DNA from: Octopus vulgaris
Lineage: Eukaryota
Length of the DNA stretch: 64,000 bases
Direction: 5' to 3'
NCBI GenBank assembly: GCA_951406725.2
Contig: OX597835.1
Span: 31,682,001-31,746,000 of the forward strand
Shown here: positions 51,891-64,000 of the stretch, piece after piece
Position numbering within the stretch: position 1 is the first letter of the stretch
Layout of the letters: each line of letters starts with the position of its first letter
Translations under genes and position numbers: made by a program
Notes under the pieces: model-generated
Told to the model about the DNA's origin: nothing
Database searches by the model: none
What the model saw: only the letters and a program-made list of their open reading frames with translations

Positions 51891-52692
51891 GTATATATAT
51901 ATATTATTGTGGGATAGGCTGCATTGCACAACTGGTTGTTGGTTGGAACATAATTTTCTATGCAGACATTTTTACAAGTTGACCTGCTGTAGGATCGAAC
52001 AAGAATAACAGGTCTGTGAAAAAGAATTCACAAGCAGATGATTGCGCCAACGTGTAGCTACGAGCAGAAATAAACACTGTGAAAAACACCATACAACCGT
52101 AAGAACACAAATTAGAAAGTGGAATATGAACAATACACACACACAAAAAAAAAATGTCATTATAATATGATTAAAACTTTTCTTATAAAGTTATATAAAG
52201 TTTACGAAGTTTGTGAGATAATACAATTAAAGAAATAAACAAAAAATTAGAAGAAAAAAAACTGAGAAAATATTGAAAATTTTTGTCGAAGTGAAATTTG
52301 TTAAATATTTAAAGCATTGCAAGAGAATAATGAAAATATATATATATATACATATACAAGAAGTGAATAAATAAAAATTAATGACATTAATATTAATAAA
52401 GAAAGTTATTTATAAAAAATTGTAAGAACCACAGTCGTTGTCTCGTTTTTGCTTTTTATTTACCGTTTCTATAGTAATAAGACAATAGCAACTGAAACAG
52501 GCAACATGCATGCATGCACACATACAAAACCTACATATAATTACACACAGACATATATACATCACGAAAGCGTGCACCTGTGTATATATGAATATATATA
52601 TACACGAATATATATTTCTTTATATGTGAGTGTATAGACATACATGCAAACACACATGCGCACATATATACATATATATATATATATATATA

Positions 52693-53072
52693 TTCTTTCT
52701 AATTTCAGCGCAGAGCTGCGGCCATGCTGATGCATCGCCGTTTTGCTACACTGTTATTACTAGGAGCCTCCTCTAATATGTGGCACTTAGTGAAGAATGG
52801 AGTTTGATATAGCTACCCTCATTTGCACCTCTTGCCGTAAGGTAGGTTCATCTGGGACTCTCGACAGGAAGAGGTCCAGCTTTGATTAAAAAACCCTACA
52901 TCTACTTTGTGAAAGTTCCTCAGACTCTTTGGGAGTGTATGAAAAAGCTGTGGTCCCTGGAAACTCAGGCTGTTGCAGTAACTCGTCCTGAAACGTGATG
53001 GCATTGCTGGGATCTTTGGCACTATGCAGTGTCGTCCCGTTCTGGCACTGGTGTAGCTTTCATTGAGAAAGG
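52693..53072 (-). pseudogene. CR1/L2-group LINE 3' end
   Basis: RTGRHCIVPKI..YCNSLSFQGPQLFHTLPKSLRN..KLDLFLSRVPDEP, then a short 3'UTR and tail. Confidence 0.75.
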
Positions 53073-53074
53073 TC

Positions 53075-53268
53075 CACGTAAAACCACTTGAGAACTGGCG
53101 AAAGAACTTCAAGTTAGCCTGAAAACTGTCCGCATCTATCTGCATGCAATCGAAAAGTCAAACAAACTTGACAAAGTAGTACCACACGATTTGAAAGAAA
53201 ATCAGAAAATGCGCAGAAATCAAATTTGCTCGTCGCTCCTTCTCCGTAACCAGGACAAGCCGTTCTTC
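53075..53268 (+). pseudogene. mariner transposase fragment (HTH to WVPHEL region)
   Basis: RKTT*ELAKELQVSLKTVRIYLHAIEKSNKLDKVVPHDLKENQKMRRNQICSSLLLRNQDKPF. Confidence 0.85.
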
Positions 53269-53999
53269 AGAATGCGTTCAAATGAATTTTCCACCGTCTA
53301 GGCTTAAAAAAGTCATTATCGTTTGTTTCTCTTTGTCCTGTTTTTACTATTTTTATCTTTATTTGTATTGCGTTTACTGTCCTGTTCTTGTCACCTTTTG
53401 TTACCCCTCTGCAAAATTTTTTTATTAAATTTGATTTGCGGGAAGGATTGTTTCAAAGTAGTCGTGTCCTGTCGTTACCTTCGAAACACGCAATAAGTCG
53501 AAACAGGAGCAGCTGAAGAAGGGGAATGTTCCTTGTGTTGTATGTCTTGTACTCTGTTTTTTCGTTGTTAAAAAAAAGTCCGTTTCCTTATTTTGTTTTT
53601 ATGTTTTCGTTTCTCGTTGTGTTCTAAGTATTTGTGTGGTGTCCTGTACCCATATATGCGTGTATATATATACATATAGATGTAGGTCTGTACATATATG
53701 TATGTATGTATGCATATGTTTTACTTATTAAATTATTATATGATTGAACGCCACGCGTCTTCTACCAAGTAAGTTTTATTTCAATATATATATATATATA
53801 TATATATACAAGCCCACGTGTATACCGACACTTATACATATATATATACATATACACACACATACATTCATATATTCACACACACACATATACACACGTA
53901 TTTTAATGGTTATCAAAGAATGTATGTATGTTTACATACATACATGTATATATATATATATGTACATACACACGTACATATATACATACATATATAAAT

Positions 54000-54060
<61 letters not shown>

Positions 54061-54062
54061 GA

Positions 54063-54880
54063 CTAGCAGCATAGCCCGACGTTGCCCGGGCATGTAAGAG
54101 CCCCTAGTAGGCAACGACTAATCCCAATCTAGTCCTTTCCCTCTAGGGAACGAAGGTGCATGTGTAGGTTGCAATGTCTTCTCTTCACTCGAATACTTCT
54201 GTGTATACGATGTTCCTAGCTGTCCCTTTGGGCGAAAACTCCCAAGAGAGTTAAAAAGGTCGAGTTGCGTCCCCTAGACTGTCTGTGGTTTGTGTTTAAT
54301 ACACAAATCGGTTTGCTATGTGTGCCACATATGATTTAATTAACCGATTTTTTCCAGTAATAAAGTATCCTTTTGGAATAAAAAGGGCCATATAGCTCCT
54401 TGGAGCAGACATGATACTCGCTGTGAATTCTAAAAAAATTTCCTGCCATTTTGTGAAAGATATTGTCGAAAATATGTCATCTTGAATTTGAACGCGATTT
54501 CCCAAAATGGCATGATTTTATCGATTCTTTCTGATGGTAAGGTACTGCATGGAAAACTAACGTCAGAATTAAGTTTCTTAGGGTAACATTAAGCTTCACC
54601 ATGAGTTTGATGAAAATCGATTGCCAGTTGCGAAAACTACAACAGAAAATGTGTTGCATATAAGAAGCTTAGATTCTCGACCCCATGTCGAATTTATCGA
54701 TTTTTTTCAGCACTGGGGGAACTGTTCTAAATTTTCGCTGCGTTAGTTTTGAATTATGACATTGGGCTATGTGTGTCAAGTTTCATCAGAATCGGTTGAA
54801 AGCCGTGGTCAGGGTGAGGGTACAACCTGACAGACACACAGACACACAGACAGACAAACTGCCGTTTATATATAGAGAGA
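54063..54880 (-). mobile_element. Non-autonomous Helitron
   Basis: Minus strand: A|TCTCTCTATATATAAACGGCAGTTTGTCTGTCTG ... CCCGGGCAACGTCGGG hairpin ..CTGCTAG|T. Confidence 0.82.
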
Positions 54881-55229
54881 TATACACATATTGGTGATTA
54901 TCAAAGAGTGTATGTCTGTTCAAAGGTTATTAGATGGTTACTGAGAATATGTAAAGGGCATACATATATTATGAGTAATTTATTGAAGTAACTATCTGGG
55001 AAGAAGACAAATATGTTAGCGGAATTAAAGCTTCGAAGTGTTTATATAAATTGTTAAGTGAGAGGCACATCTGAGTGTCAAACAATTATTAATGTTATAT
55101 ATTATATCATATAGTATAACTATGCTATTAAATCATAGAATTAAATCATAGAATAATTAAATGATAATTAAATAATAGAATATATGATTTAATTATATAT
55201 TTATTAATTACTTAAATTTAGAGAACACA

Positions 55230-55865
55230 TCTTTTCCCGCGTGAATACAAGAAATATTTTTCTCTTTTCGTCAGTTTAGTAAGTGTTTTAAATGTCTCTC
55301 CTATGCACAAATTGAATTTCTTGTTATTAATTTTGTAAGCCTTTGCGAAAGCAAGATTATCCCATTTAATTTCAAATCAAAAGTTATTCTTCAATTCCCA
55401 TATAAACATCCTTAGTCCGGTGGGGTATTTTTTGTTGATCTTTAAAAGTCTGGAGATCGTTAGCACCGCGGGTCTTTGCTTTAGGTTCGCTTGAACCAAT
55501 ATTAGAATATTTTTTCAGAGTTGTAACAATATATTGATAAACTATATTTCTCTTACATGAATTCTTAAATTTACAACTAGTTTTAACTTAGCAGTCACAA
55601 TTTTCATGAACGTTTTTTGTGTGTGTGTTTATTGGAAGAGTTAATATATTGGTGGAATTTGGGAGATTTGGTTTAAGTTTAGAAGAATAAGTAGAATTAT
55701 TGTCATGGATGTTTCTATTGGCGTAGAATTTATTTAATATTCTGTTGTTAATTGATGATATAATTGTAAATAAATTAGGAGTTAGGCCAAAACCAATGTG
55801 GACAATTTTGTAGTTTATAATTTCGTTGTATTTATTATCGATTTTAAAATCTTTATGTATGAACA
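55230..55865 (-). pseudogene. Degenerate Naiad-type PLE GIY-YIG region, paralogous to 860-1668
   Basis: NKYNEIIN..GFGLTPNLFTIISSINNRILN; CDC*VKTSC..C..NIVYQYIV..NIGSS..TGLRMFIWELK..IKW..AKAY..NLC..E..SCIH. Confidence 0.75.
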
Positions 55866-55869
55866 ACAA

Positions 55870-57230
55870 TTTCCATAAAGCAGGTAAACAAGATTCTGCG
55901 ATACACTTTCGGAAGAGCCAAGATAAAACAGATGACAACCCAGGACCCTACTTCTGAAGAACAATGACTAGAATACCACCAGGTCCGGTTGTTGCTTTAC
56001 ATGGATCCAACCGTGCCACTATGGCCGCAACATTAGCAGAAGTAATATGACAACTATATAACAGTTTATCAGTTTTGAGAAAAACATCGGGAATTGTATG
56101 ATCAGAGTCATTGAAAATACAGTGAGAACTAAACGGTTAAGCAAAGAACTCTGCTTTATTATTAGATGTTGTCAAGACCTCAGTCCGTTGAATAATGGAG
56201 GAATAGAAGACTTATTTTTACATGTAACGCTTTTATTTATTGTCCAGGAGTCACGAGAGTGTCCGTTCTGGGGTGATATACGAACCTGAATGTGCTGATC
56301 GTAGTCTGATTTAATATCACGAATGACAGCCCTACAGTGATTGCCAGCATTGGGGAAAAGCTGTTTATTCACTACAGAATTATCTCGCTGACACTGGTGG
56401 AAAAATGATTACGATGGTCGATAGAAGCAGCACAAGGAGGAGAAAACCAGAATGAGGAATGAGGTTTCAGCTGGTATTTGCGACATGGCGAGCTGACAGA
56501 AACGTTAGCACGCCGGGCGAAATGTGCAGCCGTATTTTGTCTGCCGTTACGTACTGAGTTCAAATTCTATCGAGGTCGACTTTGCCTTTTATCCCTTTTG
56601 GGGTCGATTAAATAAGTACCAGTTACGCACTGGGGTCGATATAATCGACTTAATCCGTTTGTCCCCTCTATGTTTAGCCCCTTGGTATGAGGGTGTATTT
56701 GAGAGAGGGTATGAGGTTTAGCAAAAATGTTTGTCAAAGAAACGTCAGGACGAAGGTCCTGAAAATTGTCACAGGCACCACGATCATAGCTGAATAGAGC
56801 ACAATGAATTGGGGAATAATTTAGAGAAACATTAACTGAAACAACAGCAAGATTAGATCCCTTGAGTGGAGAATCATGACATACCTTACATATATCAGGA
56901 TTTGATGCCAAGAAGTGATCAAAGAGGGAGGAAGATTGGTCATAGGGATCACGAATGCTAGTATGAAAGTCAGCGAGGTGTGAGTAATTGAGAAAGTGCA
57001 AAATTATACACTTCAATGCCAGATGCAATAGTGCTATGAGAAAACTTGGAATTATCAAAGACAAATATATTCGCAGAATTATATAGTAAGGGAGCTTTAT
57101 CGGAGCTGTAAGAAACAGATTGTATAACACAACAATTTTGAGTAGATAACAGAGAACGATATAGAAAGAACAAGTAGGTAGTTGAGTGCAGAAGAGTAAG
57201 TCAAAAACACATGAAAGACTGTGAGCATGA
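55870..57230 (-). pseudogene. Degenerate CR1-group LINE (end of APE to start of RT), interrupted by SINE B at 56487-56685
   Basis: LFDHFLASNPD..SPLKGSNLAVVSV; FWFSPPCAASI; KSSIPPLFNG; TGPGGI..VL..LSSVLSWLFRKCIAESCLPALWK. Confidence 0.7.
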
Positions 57231-57278
57231 ATTTCTATACATACATACATACATACACACATACATATATATATATAT

Positions 57279-57497
57279 ATAAGGGGGAATTATTTTACCA
57301 TTATGTGGAAACACTTACGCTAGAAGAAGAGATCTTCTTCTAGCGTAAGGGTTTTCACATAGTGGTAAAAAAATTCCAACTTATATTTAAGTATGAAATA
57401 CTATTTTCTGAATCTCAGCTTGTTTATTTGCTAGACCTGTGGTGTTAAAATTGATGTTATTTAATTAATATCCAATTTTTCACCCTCATTGTGATTA

Positions 57498-57500
<3 letters not shown>
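57279..57500. mobile_element. Short foldback element (arms 57279-57385) with one-sided extension; no HHR seen
   Basis: TTTTACCATTATGTGGAAAC.CTTACGCTAGAAGAAGA ga TCTTCTTCTAGCGTAAG.GTTTTCACATAGTGGTAAAA; (TA)n on the left. Confidence 0.75.
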
Positions 57501-57543
<43 letters not shown>

Positions 57544-57544
57544 A

Positions 57545-57920
57545 GTATTCGCTCATTAGATGGTCCTTAGACCACTGAAATAAAATGGACGCCAGACAGA
57601 AATCAATAGGTGACAATATACTTTAGATTAGAAGACTGAAGGTGATATTGAAGAGGAAAAGTAAACAGTGGAAGCGAATTCCAAAGTGCAGCAGTGCAAA
57701 GGAAGAAACTGGTACTGTAAAGTGCTTGGCGACACTTAAGAGGTTGCACAGTATGCTGATGAGAACTAGATGCAAGTCTAGTTGATTGCTGATAAATTCT
57801 TAAAGGAAGAACCAGAGAAGAGAGCTCTGCTGAACAATGTCCAGAAAAATACTTATTAAGAGACTAGGAAGCCACACGACGACGATGAGAGAGTGAATCC
57901 AATTTAGAAGATAATCACTT
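57545..57920 (-). pseudogene. CR1-group LINE 3' fragment
   Basis: LDSLSHRRRVAS..KYFSGHCSAELSSLVP; SFFLCTAALWNSLP. Confidence 0.65.
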
Positions 57921-57924
57921 ATAG

Positions 57925-57985
<61 letters not shown>

Positions 57986-58536
57986 AATATATGTGTATGT
58001 ATATGCACGTGTATATATGTATATTTATATGTACACACATAAATTTTTATAGTATAAATTACATTTCATAAATGAATATTTTATTCTTTTTATTAACTAT
58101 AAATTTACCTTAATTATATTTATCTTTCCTCATTGAATTCGATTTTAACATTATTTATTATTCTTGTTTTATTTATTTTATTTCATCATATTCTATTCAA
58201 TCTGTAAACCCTGCACCTCAGCCTATAATAATACAAATTAGAAACCGTAATATTTAGTCCGCTGTAATGAATTGATAGGTCCGCATATAACATCTCAAGG
58301 TACATCTTGTTTATCCGATGAAGTTATGCTCATGTCACATAAATGCAAATTTAATATACCAATTTGTAATTGAATTATTGAATATTAATTGAAACGGCTG
58401 TTAGAAGCGAAGATGACCAATTTGTTAATAATAAATAACTTTCTTATCTCCATTTTCATTTCTTTTCTTATTATAATTCGATATAAACTAAATACATGTA
58501 GACACACACATACACACACACATATATATAGATACC

Positions 58537-58568
<32 letters not shown>

Positions 58569-58841
58569 TAGAGAGAGAGAATTAGATAGATATTTGTTAG
58601 TAATAAATGATTGTTAACTTCCTTATCTCCATTTTTCTTCTTCTATCTACATGCTTAATAAATACCTATTGTTTTAAGGGAATTTCACTCCCTAACAGTA
58701 CTAGGTATTGAACCAGCATTTACCTTGGAAGCAACCATTCCTTCACGAGGTTAATATAACCTCTAATTAAATTTATATACATACATATATACCTACCTAC
58801 CTACCTACCTACCTACCTACCTACCTACATACATACATACA

Positions 58842-58904
<63 letters not shown>

Positions 58905-58914
58905 ATGTATGAAT

Positions 58915-59325
58915 ACTCTTTACTCTTTTGCTCTTTTACTTGTTTCAGTCATTTGACTGGGGCCATGCTGGAGCACCAGCTTTAGTCGAGCAAATCGACC
59001 CCAGGACTTATTCTTTGTAAGCCTAGTACTTATTCTATCGGTCTCTTTTTGCCGAACCGCTGAGTTACGGAGACATAAACACACCCGCATCGGTTGTCAA
59101 GCAATGCTAGGGGGACAAACACAGACACACAAACACATACACACACATAAATATGTATACATATATACGACGGGCTTCTTTCAGTTTCCGTCTACCAAAT
59201 CCACTCACAAGGCTTTAGTCGTCCCGAGGCTATAGTAGAAGACACTTGTTCAAGGTGCCACGTAGTGGGTCTGAACCCGGAACCATGTGGTTTGTAAGCA
59301 ATCTACTTACCACACAGCCACTCCT
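58915..59325 (-). mobile_element. SINE family A, full length
   Basis: Consensus match from head to tail. Confidence 0.88.
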
Positions 59326-60042
59326 AATAATCATAGTCGCTTGTTTTGCAACCAACAAGCTAGCTCTTTAAAGACATCTCCATTAGAGATGAAAGCAGTA
59401 TTTACACTGAGGAGTGGTGTTTATTGCCACCTAAACGTGGGTGTAATATTGTTTTGTTCTTTTTTTATAGTGTATGACACTGTTTATCTACATATTGTGA
59501 GCTTGGGTAAACTACCGCTATGTCTAGCAAACAGGAACCCATCATTGAGGATGATTAAAAATAAGATCGAAATTATGTGATACGGTGGTCTCCGTGCTAG
59601 AATTGTGAGTTCTCTCTCCGCTTGTAATATATATCGAGGGCGAAGAACATTGAACAGTCAACTGGAGAAGATTTTCTCCTGAGGTTCAAATATCAGTATC
59701 GTCTGTTTTTATAAGACACCCATATTTAAGTGGTGATTAATATCATTCCTTAGTAATAATACTGCTTTTATCGCTAATAGAAAATTTCTTAATGAGCTAA
59801 CTTGCTAGTTTCATACAAATATATGAATATTTATCCATTCATTTACTTTTTATCTCCCTTCGGATATTAGACTGTACCTACGCTGAGGTACCGCTTTGGG
59901 GAAGTTTAGTCGAACGAATTGACTCCATTACTTTTTTAAAGCCTGGTACTCATTTAATGGGTCTCTTTAACAAACTAACACTGCTTATCAATAGGTTATG
60001 GTGGATATACACAAAAATCTATCTATATGCCTATCTATCTGC

Positions 60043-60110
<68 letters not shown>

Positions 60111-60144
60111 TAAATATATATATATATATCTATCTATCTATCTA

Positions 60145-60179
<35 letters not shown>

Positions 60180-60211
60180 TTTAATTAAAGCAGCAGAAAA
60201 TTCAACAAAAT

Positions 60212-60249
60212 CTGTTACTCTGAGTTTCTCGTTGCCGTTCATCAGACAG
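60212..60249 (-). ncRNA. Minimal type I hammerhead (left arm)
   Basis: Minus strand: ctgt CTGATGA a cg gcaa cg a GAAA ctcagag TA acag; stem II is only ~2 bp. Confidence 0.7.
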
Positions 60250-60428
60250 TTTTTGCTAGAATGGAACCGATATATCAATTCAATCCAGACTCTTACAAAC
60301 GCTGCACCTTTAAAAAATGGACTTGTTTGATAGGGCCAATCAAACAAGTCAATTTTTTTTTTAAAAAAGGTGTAGCGTTTGTAAGAAGTCTGGATTGAAT
60401 TGATATATCGGTTCCATCCTAGCAAAAA

Positions 60429-60466
60429 CTGTCTGATGAACGGCAACGAGAAAATCAGAGTAACAG
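60429..60466 (+). ncRNA. Minimal type I hammerhead (right arm; stem III mismatch)
   Basis: ctgt CTGATGA acggcaacga GAAA atcagag TA acag. Confidence 0.62.
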
Positions 60467-60568
60467 ATTTTTAAAATTTTCTGCTGCTTTAAATAAAGCA
60501 TATTACTCTACCACTGGTATTTGAGTACTCTTTTTTTCCACCTTGTTTCACATTTATGTGTTTACTCC

Positions 60569-60603
<35 letters not shown>

Positions 60604-60607
60604 TGTG

Positions 60608-60784
60608 TGTATTTCGTCTGTCGTTACGTTCTGAGTTCAAATTCCGCCGAGGTTGACTTTGCCTTTCATCCTTTCGGGGTCGATAAATAAAGTACGTTTC
60701 GCACTGGGGTCGATGTAATCGACTTAATCCCTTGTCTGTCCTTGTTTGTCCCCTCTGTGTTTAGCCCTTGTGGGTAATAAAGAA

Positions 60785-60788
<4 letters not shown>
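60608..60788 (+). mobile_element. SINE family B (5' truncated)
   Basis: GTATTTCGTCTG..GCCTTTCATCCTTTCGGGGTCGATAAA..TTAGCCCTTGTGGGTAATAAAGAAAACA. Confidence 0.85.
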
Positions 60789-60823
<35 letters not shown>

Positions 60824-60842
60824 TGTGTGTATATATATATAT

Positions 60843-61020
60843 AGTGAATCTAAACAAAAACAAACAAGAAGAAACAATAACGCGAGCACGAGGTACAAGT
60901 ACTGTATTATCAGACGCTCAGTGAAGGAAGGAAAAGGATTTAACGTTTCGAGCTTTGCTCGTCTTCAGAAATAGAGGAAAGTCCAAAGGAACTGAAGACG
61001 GAGGAAGAAAATTTGCGATG
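60843..61020 (-). mobile_element. HHR element, H2-related, with canonical core (motif 60938-60972)
   Basis: Minus strand: attt CTGAAGA c gagc aaa gctc GAAA cg TT aaat; 3' end in (TA)n. Confidence 0.75.
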
Positions 61021-61142
61021 CGCATATTACTGCAAGCACCTATCTTTTTTTTGTTACTTGTTTCAGTCATTTGACTGCGGCCATGCTTGAGCACCGCCTT
61101 TAGACGAACAAATCGACCCCGGGACTTATTCTATGTAAGCCC

Positions 61143-61715
61143 GTCAGTTTCGATTGCCTCCAGGGTTGCGAAAGTTATGCCCCCAAATGATTCTCTAAAC
61201 TACGAAACAAATGGTAGTCTGAAGGTTCACGGTTGGGAAAATAAGGTGGATGATGAATTTTTTCCAACCAAGCTCTTCGATCTTCTGTGACGTGATCTTT
61301 GTAGTGTGGGGTCACGCATTGTCCTTATGAAACACCTCTCGTTTTCGATTCACTAAAGCAGGACTTTTTTCTTCAAAGCTTGGTTCAAATGCTCTAATTG
61401 CTGACAATAGACATGAGAATTGCTTGTTGCATTAAGTGGTAACAATTCAATTTGAATTACTCCTTTGCAATCCCACCAGATAGAGAGAAGAAATTTTTTC
61501 CCATGAATTTCCCTTCTCGGTTGTGGCTGAGCTTTTTCCCTTTTACCAAGCCACTGTTTACGACATTTAACATTTCGTTAGAAGATCCATTTTTCGTCAC
61601 CAGTCACAAGTCTATCCAAAAAGGGTGAAATGAGTTCGCGAGAAATGAGAGAAGAGCAGATGTCAACTCGGGATTTGCGGTTGCTTTCAGACAATTCACG
61701 TGGCACCCATAGAAG
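61143..61715 (-). pseudogene. mariner transposase fragment
   Basis: WVPREL; FLTKC*MS*TV; PALVNRKREVFHKDNA*PHT; HPPYFPNREPSDYHLFRSLENHL. Confidence 0.85.
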
Positions 61716-62910
61716 GACTTATCAGAAGATAAATTGGAAGTGCGAAGGTTCTGTACAGAGTAAAATGTGAAGTGGCTTGTATTTACCTAGGAAGTGTTAG
61801 AAGCTGTGACGGCTTAGTATAAAAGGTGTTTAAGGTGGAAAAGAAGTCAAGACACACACGTTCGTTAGATTCGATTAAAATCAGAACACTTTTAAGATAA
61901 ATCTTTATCATCATTCGCCTGCACTTTAATATCTTGAGACATAAAATTCATAAAACAGGGCGAAATACCTAGTTTCCATAATGTATAAGGAATCGAGAAT
62001 TGGGAAACCTGTCCGCCGCTGAGACACTCATTTACATCAAATTGGAATTAGGGCAACATGAAATAAACCGTTATACTCAAAGGACTTACGGCACAATGAA
62101 ATGAACCGTTTTACTTAAGAACACAACATATCTATCGGTCCGGGAATTGAAAATACGACTTTATGATCGTGAGTGCAGTATTCGAAACATTAAGGCCACC
62201 ATGACAGCCTAAGGTTAATAACTTTATCTCAAGATAATGCCCAGAAGCAAGTGTATAACAGAGGAAGGGCTTTATTAAGTTTTATTTCATTTTTCCCGGT
62301 TTAGTAAATCTTGCATTCGATAATAATTTGATATTATTAAGATAAATAATCCCTTGATGATTTACAAGAATTATCCTTGAAACCTCAGAGAGAAGTTGTA
62401 AATGGAAAGGAAATTAAATTAGGAGTCAATTGTAATTTTATTACAGATTCAATCTATAGATTGGGCTTAAGCCCAATGTTTAAGACTGATCAGTAAAACT
62501 ACAGTTGATATACAACACAACAAATAGATACTCGCACACGCACACACGCACACATACACACACAAATACACACAGTCACAATATATATACATATACATAT
62601 ACATATACATATATATAAGGTGGTGAGATGGCAGGATCACTCAGCGACATTTCTTTCGTTTGCCTCTTTACGCTTTCAGTTCAAATCCTGCTGTCACATG
62701 TGCCATGAACCGCTTCGACTATCGATAAAGCAGTGTTCCAGTCAAACACTGGAGTAGGGACAATCATATTGTCCCTCAACATCAAAATATTCTTCCTTGA
62801 CCCTTGCAACGAACCGATGTCTCTTTCAAGGATGTGTTGGGATATCTGTCACTTATACGCCATGAAGTTCTATTACGGACTGTTTGAGTTCTAGGACTCC
62901 AGAAAATCTG

Positions 62911-62961
<51 letters not shown>

Positions 62962-62975
62962 ACATACATGTATAT

Positions 62976-63142
62976 ATACGATGGGCTTCTTTCAGTTTCC
63001 GTCTACAAAATCCACTCTCAAGGCTTTGGTTGGCCCCAGGGTATAGTAGAAGACACTAGCCCAAGGTGCCACGCAGTGGCACTGAACCCCGAACCATGTG
63101 AGTGGTAAGCAAGCTACTTACCACACAACCACTCCTACGCCT
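62976..63142 (-). mobile_element. SINE family A, 5' part
   Basis: AGGCGTAGGAGTGGTTGTGTGGTAAG..GGGTTCAGTGCCACTGCGTGGCACC. Confidence 0.8.
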
Positions 63143-63180
63143 ATATGTAAACATACATATATGAGTGTGTGTGTGTATGC

Positions 63181-63222
<42 letters not shown>

Positions 63223-64000
63223 TTGTGTGTATATGTGTGTGTTTGTATTGTATGTGTGTGTGTGTAAAAGTTTACTAATAAGCTACCTATATTTTAGAAC
63301 ATAGACATTTAATTAACACAGAATCCAGAGTAGGTAATACTGAATTCTGTAGCAAGAAGCAAGCAGCTTAAATCACCAGCTGATGATAAGTGGAAAAATT
63401 TATATAGATTAGAATACAGATTTGCTATGTTTTCAATCTGTGTTTGTGCAAGAAGTTGTTAGAATCATGGCAAACAGCTAAGTTTCAATCTATATATATT
63501 GTAATTACTGTCTTTGAAATTGTGCCACACGTATTTAAAATCGCTTCCACATCATTTCGCTATTTTAACTAAGATTTAAAACCTGTCAAGACCTGCCGCT
63601 ATTGCACTGTATATCTCTATATCTGCGGAACGTACGAGAACATTATAGTTTGACAAACTACTTTGGAATAATTCCTTTTGCCGACTACACTTTGATTAAT
63701 GTCAAAATCCATCACATACTAAAACTAAAAGCTATAATGCGCAAGCTTCGTCTTAAAGCGGAATCCCAAACTGTTTGCGGTGTCGGTGAAAAATTAATTA
63801 CATACATTAACGGGTGATACATATTTCGCAGAGACTGTAGGAGAGACGGCATAAGAAGACGTTTGTATATATCTAAATGGACATTTAGGTAGAGACAAAT
63901 ACACAGGAACACACACGCACGCGCGCAATCACAACTTCGCACACACATAAACACACATACATCCACACACTCACACACATACATACAAACATGCACACGC

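Larger units (their letters stand above)
60179..60570. mobile_element. Foldback element: ~155-bp inverted arms (60179-60331 / 60339-60498), one minimal HHR per arm, right extension
   Basis: GACTTGTTTGAT agggcca ATCAAACAAGTC centre; (TA)n on both sides. Confidence 0.88.

Noticed and set aside
53470-53540. GAAA...CTGAAGA as a permuted (type II) hammerhead
   Set aside because: Could not form stems I-III consistently.
55586-55592. In-frame stop in the Naiad-type Cys linker as a possible selenocysteine codon (some Naiads encode selenoproteins)
   Set aside because: The codon is TAA, not TGA, and the copy has other disruptions.

Overview
AT-rich, microsatellite-saturated eukaryotic DNA with no recognisable host gene or exon. 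The SINE repertoire and repeat landscape suggest an octopus (coleoid cephalopod) genome; this is inference. Most ORFs in the track are artefacts of (TA)n, (CA)n, (GATA)n, (TAA)n or (GAA)n. The real content is transposon-derived. (1) A near full-length Tx1-clade LINE (11764-17654, minus) and a 5'-truncated relative (18554-19522), both embedded in (GATA)n. (2) Fragments of Penelope-like elements (PLEs) of the Naiad type (RT and GIY-YIG). (3) Tc1/mariner, CR1/L2-like, RTE-like and RLE-type LINE relics. (4) Non-autonomous Helitrons and a Helentron-like element. (5) Three tRNA-derived SINE families. The most striking signal, invisible in the ORF track, is roughly 18-20 type-I hammerhead ribozyme (HHR) motifs from several unrelated sequence families, read by eye. 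Most have palindromic stem III. They sit in short non-coding elements abutting (TA)n, and several form head-to-head foldback palindromes carrying a hammerhead on each strand. Two SINE families also share 3' tails with LINEs present in this window, one of them with the Tx1 element. Element boundaries were read by eye and are approximate to a few bases unless a junction is quoted.
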